This document shows positions 35,417 through 43,632 of a DNA stretch of 45,438 bases, one piece after another (position 1 is the first letter of the stretch; every line of letters starts with the position of its first letter). The stretch covers positions 1 to 45,438 of the IMG/VR virus record IMGVR_UViG_3300048598_000488. One strand, 5' to 3'. Origin of the DNA: a virus. Its lineage: Duplodnaviria > Caudoviricetes. The notes beneath the pieces are model-generated. The model saw only the letters and a program-made list of their open reading frames with translations. It had not been told where the DNA came from and searched no databases. Both the position numbers and the translations under genes were made by a program.

Positions 35417-35527
35417 TGATATAATGTAATTATAAAGGAATATTAACAGAGCTTCGAGAGTTCCATGAGAACCGTGAGAGCCGTATTGGGTTGGTAAATG
35501 CCAGCCTGGTACGGCTTTTTATTTTAG
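35417..35527 (+). promoter_or_regulatory. Attenuator copy 2 upstream of terL, with extended -10 promoter
   Basis: TGATATAAT; AAAGGAATATTAACA; GAGCTTC, GAGTTCC, GAGAACC, GAGAGCC at 9-nt period; hairpin AGAGCCGTATTGGGTTGGTA..TGCCAGCCTGGTACGGCTTT plus T-tract. Confidence 0.75.
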
Positions 35528-35539
35528 GATGATTGCTAT

Positions 35540-37150
35540 ATGAAATATGACCAAAAGCCAACAACTGTACATAAATTTATTAGACTTACAAAGTTACTTC
35601 CAGTTTTGGTCATTGGTATGCTCCTAATAGTTTTTGGGATGAGTGTTGCAGTTACTGCAGCCAAGCCAAAACCAATAAAACGGATAGTAATTGACTATAC
35701 GCCACATGACAAGCAGTATTTATTTCATGCTTCGGATGCAGACGAAACTGTGTATGGTGGTGCCAGGGGTGGAGGAAAATCATGTGCTTTGGTAATGGAT
35801 GCTACATCATATGCAATGACATTTCCGGGAGCACAGATATATTTATTCCGCAAAACTTTTGATGAACTTAACAGAACCTTGGTTCGCGAACTTAAGCGTA
35901 AAGTACCTGAAAAGAGCAAACAAAACCCTTTCGGGTTATACAAATATAATGCACAAGAACATAGTGCGACCTTTGACAATGGAAGTGTAATATACTTCCG
36001 ATATATTAGAAATCGCCAGGATGCTGATATCTACCAAGGTGCTGAAATGGATTACTGCGGGATTGATGAACTTACTCAACACACAGAAGAAGTAATAGAA
36101 GTCCTCAGGGCTTCGGTGCGTTCCCCAAAAGGATATCCAGCAAGATTCAAAGCTACATGTAACCCTGGTGGTATCGGACATATTTGGGTAAAGAAAAGAT
36201 TTATTACTGGTACTAAATACGGAACATTAGTCTATAAAGATAAGGAATCTGATAATGTAATCAGATTCATCCAGGCTACTGTATACGATAACCCCACATT
36301 GATGCTCAATGATCCCAAGTATGTAAAGAGACTTGAAAACCTCCCACCTTCGTTAAGAAAAGCATGGCTAGAAGGCAACTGGGATATATTTGAGGATCAG
36401 GCATTTACAGAATGGAGTTATGAAGTTCATGTATGTAAGGCATCAGAAGTTGAAATTAAAAAGCACTGGCGTAAATGGATTTCAGCAGATAATGGATATA
36501 CAGACCCATTTGCATGGTACTGGTTTGCAGCTGGGGAGGACGGAACCATATATGTTTACCGTGAGTATACCAGGGGCTATGGAGATGAAAAAATTACATA
36601 CTCCGATCAGGCCAGAAAAGTAATTGAATTAAGCAAATACAGAGAGTACAAAGATGGAAATACCATTGAGACTTCTGAAAAAATAGATTTTATTGTGGTT
36701 GGGCATGATGCTTTTGGAGCTAATCCAAGTACAAAAACATCAGACAAGCCCAAAGGTAAAACATTAGTTGACCACTACCGGGAAGGCGGAATAGATAGGA
36801 TAGCCTTCAAATGTGCTATAACTGACAGAAAATTAAGAAAGGCTGTAGTTCACGAATACTTAAAACCATTCATGGACGAGAACTTTCAACCTCCTAAAAA
36901 AAGAGCAAAAATAGTTATACTTGATACCTGCACACAATTGATAGATACGCTACCAATGCAGGTTGTAGATGAAAATGACCCTGAAAAAATAGCTGAAACT
37001 GACTACGATCACTGGTATGACTCCTTTGGTTACGGAATTTTAGCATATCATGCAAAGAAATCTAAAACGCCTGAACAGCCAAAATCAGACGTTCAAAAAA
37101 TTAAGGATAAAGTTGTTAAAAGAAATAAAAAAAGATCAGTAGCTTTTTAA
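35540..37150 (+). CDS. terL: Terminase large subunit
   Basis: YGGARGGGKS Walker A, GIDELT Walker B, TCNPGG coupling motif, ADNG and DHWYD nuclease acids. Confidence 0.93.
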   Translation: MKYDQKPTTVHKFIRLTKLLPVLVIGMLLIVFGMSVAVTAAKPKPIKRIVIDYTPHDKQYLFHASDADETVYGGARGGGKSCALVMDATSYAMTFPGAQIYLFRKTFDELNRTLVRELKRKVPEKSKQNPFGLYKYNAQEHSATFDNGSVIYFRYIRNRQDADIYQGAEMDYCGIDELTQHTEEVIEVLRASVRSPKGYPARFKATCNPGGIGHIWVKKRFITGTKYGTLVYKDKESDNVIRFIQATVYDNPTLMLNDPKYVKRLENLPPSLRKAWLEGNWDIFEDQAFTEWSYEVHVCKASEVEIKKHWRKWISADNGYTDPFAWYWFAAGEDGTIYVYREYTRGYGDEKITYSDQARKVIELSKYREYKDGNTIETSEKIDFIVVGHDAFGANPSTKTSDKPKGKTLVDHYREGGIDRIAFKCAITDRKLRKAVVHEYLKPFMDENFQPPKKRAKIVILDTCTQLIDTLPMQVVDENDPEKIAETDYDHWYDSFGYGILAYHAKKSKTPEQPKSDVQKIKDKVVKRNKKRSVAF

Positions 37151-37165
37151 GAAAGGTGGACTATT

Positions 37166-37699
37166 ATGGATTTAAAGATTAAGAAAGTAGGTTTTAGGAT
37201 ACCCTGCCCCACATACCTTTGCAGGAATACAGTACAGTACGCATTTAATATTGACAGAGGTCCGGCTGCAACAGATATTCAATTATGCGAAGACTGTTTA
37301 AGATCACTTGTAAGAAATTCTTTAAAACATTTCGAAGAATCTCCAGATGATAAAATTGCTGAACTCAAAGCCAGAATTGAAGAGTTAGAGATACAGCAGG
37401 GTTCAAAGGAAAAGCTCGAAGTAGATAATAAAGCAAAAATAGCAGACCTTGAAGAGTATATTGAAAAAATGAAAGCCGAGTTCAAGCAGGAAATTAAGGA
37501 GAATCCAGATCTTCCAACTCAAAATTTGGGCGAGCAACCTAAGACAGAGCAGCAAGTTATACCAAAAACAGTTCCTGCAGATGCAAGATGCAGTACTTGT
37601 AAGCACCAGTTTTCTAAGAAAGATATAGACCCTTGCAAGACTTGTAAAGTAGATCACGAGAACGGTAAAGGCTACACTGCCTATAAAGCAAGAGAGTAG
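37166..37699 (+). CDS. Hypothetical protein (Cys motifs, coiled coil)
   Basis: CxxxxC..LCEDC, CSTCKH..PCKTC. Confidence 0.65.
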   Translation: MDLKIKKVGFRIPCPTYLCRNTVQYAFNIDRGPAATDIQLCEDCLRSLVRNSLKHFEESPDDKIAELKARIEELEIQQGSKEKLEVDNKAKIADLEEYIEKMKAEFKQEIKENPDLPTQNLGEQPKTEQQVIPKTVPADARCSTCKHQFSKKDIDPCKTCKVDHENGKGYTAYKARE

Positions 37700-37712
37700 G
37701 AGGATATAACCT

Positions 37713-38060
37713 ATGGCTGAATCGTCTATAACAAGGGCAATTGAATCAGCAAAAACCAAGGCTATAAAGGTTGAAAAGATTGAAATGCCTAAACAATCAT
37801 CAAAGAAAAAAGGTGATATGGGTATACCCACTTTGGGGTATTATAAACCTTCTCTTTACTTGGATGATAAGGATTTATCTACTATAAGCGACTACAGTGC
37901 AGGTGAAAAAGTAGTTCTTGTTGTTGAGTGTACAGTTAAAGGCGTAACTCTCAGTGACAGCATTAGAGAAGGGAAACCTACTAAAAGGTATTCAGCAGAA
38001 ATCGAGATAGATTCATTTGCAGATATAACACCACCAACCAAGTCCAAGGGAGGTAAATAA
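37713..38060 (+). CDS. Hypothetical virion-region protein
   Basis: SD AGGAGG; between terL and portal. Confidence 0.6.
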   Translation: MAESSITRAIESAKTKAIKVEKIEMPKQSSKKKGDMGIPTLGYYKPSLYLDDKDLSTISDYSAGEKVVLVVECTVKGVTLSDSIREGKPTKRYSAEIEIDSFADITPPTKSKGGK

Positions 38061-38062
38061 TC

Positions 38063-38275
38063 ATGATCTATGTTGCTTTAATTGTTTCTTTAATTGTTCT
38101 GGCATTTGAAAACTTTATGCATTACAGGGAACGTAAGGATTTATACAGCAGGATTATGGCAAAAGATTTGAGTGACTATGCAACTATTATAGAGAAAAAG
38201 AAACCTCCTGGTAAAGCAAAGAGCTTTATACGTGACAAGATGGAAGAGTTACGAAGAAATGATGTTATTGATTGA
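38063..38275 (+). CDS. Small single-TM protein
   Basis: N-term TM then ERKDLYSRIMAKDL. Confidence 0.6.
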   Translation: MIYVALIVSLIVLAFENFMHYRERKDLYSRIMAKDLSDYATIIEKKKPPGKAKSFIRDKMEELRRNDVID

Positions 38276-38296
38276 TAGTTGGAGGATGTTAGCTAG

Positions 38297-40246
38297 ATGG
38301 ATGAACTTGAGTTAAAAGAACAAATTGAATATGACAAAACTGATACTCCTGATGCAAAGTCACTTTGTAAATTGGTTGATGCAAAATTCAAAGAGTTTGA
38401 AAAGCTCAAGAAACCATTTGAACTGCAGGCTCGTTTAAATATTGAGTTTATCCAAGGTAATCAATATGCTGACATCCGGTTTAATCGTAATGACTTAGCA
38501 CAACTTCCTAAGATATATGACTATCAGCAAAGGGAAGTGTATAACCAAATTGCACCTATACTTGAAACCAGACACGCAAAACTTGGAAGGGTTAGCCCTT
38601 CTTTACTTACTCGTCCGGCTACCAATGAAAAAGAGGATATTGCTACATCAAAGGTATGCAGCAGCATTTTAAAAGGTACATACCGGTATGTAGAAATGCA
38701 TGAAAATATCAAGGAGGCAATTGCTTGGTCGGAGCAATGTGGTACCGTATTTTATGGGCAGCAATGGAACCCTAAAAAAGGTAATGCGATTGGGGTTTTA
38801 GATGGCGAAACAATTAAAGAAGGAGATATGGACGAGGAAGTAATAAGCTTTTTCGAAATATATCCGGACAGCCCAAGAAGAAGCGATGTAAATAAATGCC
38901 GAGAATTGATAAGGGCTAAAGCTTATCATGTTGATGAGATATATGAAACATGGGGTAAATCAGTCAAAGGCCGTAAAGTAAGCATATACAATGTTGAAAT
39001 GTCCAGTATCTCCTGCGGTGGGTTAGGATATACGGCTAATACACAACTGATTGTACCAAAAGAAGAAGATAACTCTGAACTTGTAATGGAATATTACCGT
39101 ATGCCTTGCCGCCAATATCCTAATGGTAGGTTAATTATAAAAGCTGGTGATGTGCTGCTTCATAGTGGTGATCTTCCTTATTTGGTAGGTGATGATGGCG
39201 AAAGGGGAATTCCAATTGTTCGTCAGGTTTGTATTGTTCGACCTGGATTCTTCTGGGGATGGTCGATTGTTGATAGATTAATACCAGTACAAAGAGCTTA
39301 TAACGCTGTCATGAATAGAATTCATGAGTATCTTAACAGAATTGTTTTAGGAGTTCTTACATACGAGGACGGCAGCATAGACGAGGAAAGTTTGGACGAT
39401 GGTATTCCACCGGGTTCCAGAATTGCGTATAACCAAGGAAGTCAAAAGCCTTCCTTCATGGAAAGTCAAAGGTTTCCTACTGAGTTAGCACAGGAAGAAT
39501 CAAGGCTTTTAAATATATTTACTATCATATCAGGGGTATCAACTTTTAGTCGGCAGTCACTTCCTCCGGTTGGTGCTAATTCCGGCGTAGCCATGGAAAT
39601 AGTCCAAGAACAGGATGAAACAAGACTTTCGTCAACTGCCGAAAATGTAAGAATTGCAGTTATTAAGGTCGGAAAACAATGGCTACGCATTTTCAAACAG
39701 TATGCCAAAGGTCCGAGAGTTGCAAAGTATCCCGGAAGAAATAATTATATGAATGTTGTGGCTTGGGAGGCTTCCCAAATAACCACAACGGACGTAATTC
39801 TTGAATCAGAAAATGAATTAGCACAAACACCAGCACAACGCAAACAATTTGTATTTGATTTAGATGCAAGAGGAGCATTCAATGACCCTGAGACAGGACG
39901 TAAAAGTAAACGAGGATTATCCAAATTTCTTTCAATGCTCAATATGGGCGAAAATTGGGAGGACTTTGATGATATAGATGATAAACATATAGCCCGAGCT
40001 CAACGTGAAAACATAGAGTTTGAGAAGGGCGTAGCACCAACCATACGGCAATATGATGATGACATGCTGCATATAGAAGAACACCTTTCATACATGCTTT
40101 CAGCGGATTTTGAGGACCTGCAGACCTCAAACCCAATGTTGGCTAAAACAATGGAAGCTCATCTTGTACAGCATAAAGCATCATTAGCATATAAAAACCC
40201 AGTGCCGCAGATAATGCCCGGACAGGCACCTGCAAGCAGAAGGTAA
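38297..40246 (+). CDS. Portal protein (P22-like size)
   Basis: 649 aa between terL and scaffold; YNQIAP, LIPVQRAYN, ISGVS..ANSGVA motifs. Confidence 0.85.
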   Translation: MDELELKEQIEYDKTDTPDAKSLCKLVDAKFKEFEKLKKPFELQARLNIEFIQGNQYADIRFNRNDLAQLPKIYDYQQREVYNQIAPILETRHAKLGRVSPSLLTRPATNEKEDIATSKVCSSILKGTYRYVEMHENIKEAIAWSEQCGTVFYGQQWNPKKGNAIGVLDGETIKEGDMDEEVISFFEIYPDSPRRSDVNKCRELIRAKAYHVDEIYETWGKSVKGRKVSIYNVEMSSISCGGLGYTANTQLIVPKEEDNSELVMEYYRMPCRQYPNGRLIIKAGDVLLHSGDLPYLVGDDGERGIPIVRQVCIVRPGFFWGWSIVDRLIPVQRAYNAVMNRIHEYLNRIVLGVLTYEDGSIDEESLDDGIPPGSRIAYNQGSQKPSFMESQRFPTELAQEESRLLNIFTIISGVSTFSRQSLPPVGANSGVAMEIVQEQDETRLSSTAENVRIAVIKVGKQWLRIFKQYAKGPRVAKYPGRNNYMNVVAWEASQITTTDVILESENELAQTPAQRKQFVFDLDARGAFNDPETGRKSKRGLSKFLSMLNMGENWEDFDDIDDKHIARAQRENIEFEKGVAPTIRQYDDDMLHIEEHLSYMLSADFEDLQTSNPMLAKTMEAHLVQHKASLAYKNPVPQIMPGQAPASRR

Positions 40247-40292
40247 AAAATTTAACCCGTGTACGGATACATAGGGTAACGGAGGTATTTGA

Positions 40293-41378
40293 ATGAGTAG
40301 ATTTTTTGGATTGATAATTTCATCTATGACCCCATTTTTGGACGCGGATACTGGTGGTGGAGCTGGATATGGAGATAGCGGTGGTGCTGCTTCTTCTGGA
40401 ACTGGTGATGCCAACATATCAACTGGCGGAGAAGGTACTGGAAGTGAAAATTTTAAAATTAGGACTTTAAAGGATGTTAATCCTTTTGCTGACGATCCAG
40501 ATCCTGTTACCGATCCAAACCCAGCAGACCCAAACCCTGATCCAAATGCGAGCGATCCAAGCAAACAAGTCGGTGATGGTGAAACCAACCCAACTACAAT
40601 GATTGGTGGTAAGTTCAAAGACGTTGACTCATTGTTAACTGCATATCAGAATATACAAAGCCATAGTTCCAGGGTTGCCAATCAAAACAATTTGCTTACA
40701 AAACAGATTGAGGAGCTTACAACTAAAATTCAAAGCAATACAAATCAGCAGCCAATACAACCACCTGCAGGCGATAGTTCAAAGCCTGACGATGTGTCGG
40801 AAGATGATGTTGATCTTATTCTCAATAATCCAGCTGAGTATAAAAAGAAACTCACTCAAGAAATATTGGGAGAAATCAAAAAACAGTTTGAGCCTGACCT
40901 TAAAGTAGCTCAACAAATAAGAATGTCACAAGAGGATGAGGCTGCTTGGATTGAAAAAGCAACCAAAATTGCTCAGGCTTATGATCCTGAAACCGGAGAA
41001 TCTTTATATCCAGATTTCTTTGATCTAAAGAATGAGATAGACCAGGCTTTTAAAATGGTTCCTCAACTGATACAAGATAGAAATTTTGAAGGAGCTATTA
41101 AAATCGCTAGGCTTATCAAGCAATCAACAAACACTCAAACTCCTAATCCTGATGATTATCTGAATGATGAGACTTTTTTAAATGAAAAGGTTTTCACTAA
41201 TCCTCAGATTAAAGATAAGTTCCTTAAATTACACATGGAAGATATCCGTAAGGGTAACCCACCACCACAAATAAACGGTAATGCTGGTGGAAGTCCTCCG
41301 GCATCATCGCCTGAAAAAACAACATCGCTTAAACAAGCCAGTCAAAGACTTCTTTCGAGGTTTGGCATAGGCTCATAA
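40293..41378 (+). CDS. Capsid scaffolding protein
   Basis: Gly/Pro/Asp-rich N-term, GKFKDVDSLLTAYQ motif, coiled coil; directly before capsid gene. Confidence 0.75.
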   Translation: MSRFFGLIISSMTPFLDADTGGGAGYGDSGGAASSGTGDANISTGGEGTGSENFKIRTLKDVNPFADDPDPVTDPNPADPNPDPNASDPSKQVGDGETNPTTMIGGKFKDVDSLLTAYQNIQSHSSRVANQNNLLTKQIEELTTKIQSNTNQQPIQPPAGDSSKPDDVSEDDVDLILNNPAEYKKKLTQEILGEIKKQFEPDLKVAQQIRMSQEDEAAWIEKATKIAQAYDPETGESLYPDFFDLKNEIDQAFKMVPQLIQDRNFEGAIKIARLIKQSTNTQTPNPDDYLNDETFLNEKVFTNPQIKDKFLKLHMEDIRKGNPPPQINGNAGGSPPASSPEKTTSLKQASQRLLSRFGIGS

Positions 41379-41397
41379 AGCTTAAGGAGGTAATTAT

Positions 41398-42606
41398 ATG
41401 GCGGAATTAACATTAGCAACTATACAGGATGCACTTAAAACCGACTATCTAGATGTGGTTAGAGATCAGATCGATTACGGCAGCTGTGCATTGTACGCAC
41501 AGCTTGAAAAAGGTGCAATGGAAATAGACGGTGAAAAAATCACCATGGCAATTCAGTACGGAGTATCTGGTGGTGTGGCTGCTGGGTCAGAAAACGGTAC
41601 ATTGCCATCACCCAATCCAAGAAAATTCAAGCAGGTTACATATCCTACAAAGAATATCTTTGCAAGGTTCCAACTGACTATAAAGTCAATTAAGGCATCT
41701 AAGTCAAAGAAAGTTGCATTTGTAAAGTTGCTCGAAATGCTCATCAAGAGCACTATGGATGACTCAAAAAAATATTACGGCAGACAGTGTTATACAAGTA
41801 ATTCCGGTAAGATTGGAACTTGTACAGTACAAAACGGAGTAACAACATTACAACTTGCTGGCGTTGCAACTACTTCTGCAAAAGATGTTGTTAAGTATTT
41901 TGAACCTGGAATGCTTATTGATATCATGGCCGCTGACAATTCAGTTAAGGTGGCAGGAAGAGAAGTAACTGCTGTCTTTAGGACGAATGGTCAAATATCT
42001 ATTTCCGGTGCTGCAGTAAACACTTTGGCAGATGACTATATAGTTGTATCTGGTGCATACAATATGGAGCTTACCGGATTTGAGGATGTTTTTAAAACAA
42101 CTGGCAACCTTTATGGTATTGATAGGGCTGCAAATCCATTCTTTGCTCCTAATATTATTCCTGTTGATGGAGAAATCAATGAAATAATAGTCCAAACAGC
42201 TATTGATGATGCTGAGGATGTAGGTTCAGAGACTAACTATATGGTTGGTTCGAAAGGCGTAGTTAGAGGCTATCAGAACTATATGATAGCTACAAAGCGT
42301 AACCTTAACACCATGGAACTTAAAGGCGGTTACAAAGTGCTCGATTATAACGGCATTGGCTTAGACAAAGACAAGTATGCACCATATGGTACATTGTTCG
42401 GTCTGTGCACTGAAGATTGGGCAATGCATGAACTTTGTCCTTGGGAATGGATGGGCGATGAAGGGTCAGAAGGTGACGGAGCAATCTTACATAGGGTCGC
42501 AAACAAGCCTGTTTACGAAGGTACCTTGTATAAGTTTGGTGACTTGGGATGCAGAAAGCCTGGAGGTCAATTCAAACTATCTGGCATAGTTGAACACAAT
42601 GATTAA
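41398..42606 (+). CDS. Major capsid protein
   Basis: 402 aa after scaffold; ENGTLP, GFEDV..GNLYGIDR, LDYNGI motifs; strong hairpin downstream. Confidence 0.85.
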   Translation: MAELTLATIQDALKTDYLDVVRDQIDYGSCALYAQLEKGAMEIDGEKITMAIQYGVSGGVAAGSENGTLPSPNPRKFKQVTYPTKNIFARFQLTIKSIKASKSKKVAFVKLLEMLIKSTMDDSKKYYGRQCYTSNSGKIGTCTVQNGVTTLQLAGVATTSAKDVVKYFEPGMLIDIMAADNSVKVAGREVTAVFRTNGQISISGAAVNTLADDYIVVSGAYNMELTGFEDVFKTTGNLYGIDRAANPFFAPNIIPVDGEINEIIVQTAIDDAEDVGSETNYMVGSKGVVRGYQNYMIATKRNLNTMELKGGYKVLDYNGIGLDKDKYAPYGTLFGLCTEDWAMHELCPWEWMGDEGSEGDGAILHRVANKPVYEGTLYKFGDLGCRKPGGQFKLSGIVEHND

Positions 42607-42611
42607 TCTTT

Positions 42612-42638
42612 TATCCCCCGGAGTGAATCCGGGGGATA
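42612..42638 (+). other. Strong hairpin after capsid gene (stabiliser or partial terminator)
   Basis: TATCCCCCGGA-GTGAA-TCCGGGGGATA; no T-tract. Confidence 0.6.
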
Positions 42639-42662
42639 TACCAAATAATTGGAGGAAATGGC

Positions 42663-43094
42663 ATGTTAATTTGTGAGACTTATAAAGGTATTTCATATTG
42701 GTACAACCCTGAAAAATACACTTTCATATTTGATCAGGTGTCTAATATACCTCAGAGGTTAAAAGAAATTGAGCCTGAATATTTTGTTTTATACAACAAA
42801 AGGACCGGACATTTCGAAGTGCATAACATGCTTAATATTGGCAATACATACTGCTTAACAATTCCGTATAAAGAGCTTGACTGGCGTGCTGTAGATCTTG
42901 TCAGAATGACCAGGGTAGACAGAATGGATAACATACATAAGGTCATTGATAGAAATAATCAAAAGATTAAGTCGGATGCCGAAAAGAAAGCAATCGACTA
43001 TGCAGGTGAACTGGCCAAAGATATTTTTCATTACGCTGTAGCAGATCAGAAATCTGTTGAATGTAGGCTTAATAAGAAGGTGTCAAGAAGATGA
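42663..43094 (+). CDS. Hypothetical virion-region protein
   Basis: SD GGAGG; 143 aa. Confidence 0.65.
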   Translation: MLICETYKGISYWYNPEKYTFIFDQVSNIPQRLKEIEPEYFVLYNKRTGHFEVHNMLNIGNTYCLTIPYKELDWRAVDLVRMTRVDRMDNIHKVIDRNNQKIKSDAEKKAIDYAGELAKDIFHYAVADQKSVECRLNKKVSRR

Positions 43095-43618
43095 ATGTAA
43101 GAGCAATTATCGATCAGGCAATTATCGACAGTGGAATTACTATACCAGACTCATACGGCAAAAGATGGATTAATGAGGCTAAAAACCTACTTGCCAACCT
43201 TTATGATACTGCTTGTGTAAAAAATAATCAATCAATTATTGTTGCTGATTGTAATAATTACTATGATTTACCTTCTGATTGTATAAGAATTGTGCAAGTC
43301 GATGATTCAGATAAGGAAAAATATAAAAATTTTATTGCAGATTCAACACAAATAAAATTTGACGATGAGGATACTTATAAATTAACTTATCTCATGATAC
43401 CTACTGATGTTACAACTACTACCGAAACTCCGCAGACTCACATGCTTTATCATATACCTATTACTTATTTTCTGGTACATAAAAATTTAGAAAATACGAA
43501 ACCGGAGAAGTCATCTGACTTTTACAATAAATTTACATCACATGCCAAAATGGCAGACATGAGACTTAACAGAATGAAGAAAAAAGGATCTATAATACCC
43601 GCTCCACCTTATAGGTAA
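43091..43618 (+). CDS. Head-tail adaptor protein
   Basis: WINEA, YDLPSDC motifs; size and position. Confidence 0.7.
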   Translation: MNVRAIIDQAIIDSGITIPDSYGKRWINEAKNLLANLYDTACVKNNQSIIVADCNNYYDLPSDCIRIVQVDDSDKEKYKNFIADSTQIKFDDEDTYKLTYLMIPTDVTTTTETPQTHMLYHIPITYFLVHKNLENTKPEKSSDFYNKFTSHAKMADMRLNRMKKKGSIIPAPPYR

Positions 43619-43632
43619 AAGGAGATTTATTT

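Noticed and set aside
40490-40560. GATCC-rich short repeats
   Set aside because: Explained by the DPxP low-complexity linker of the scaffold protein
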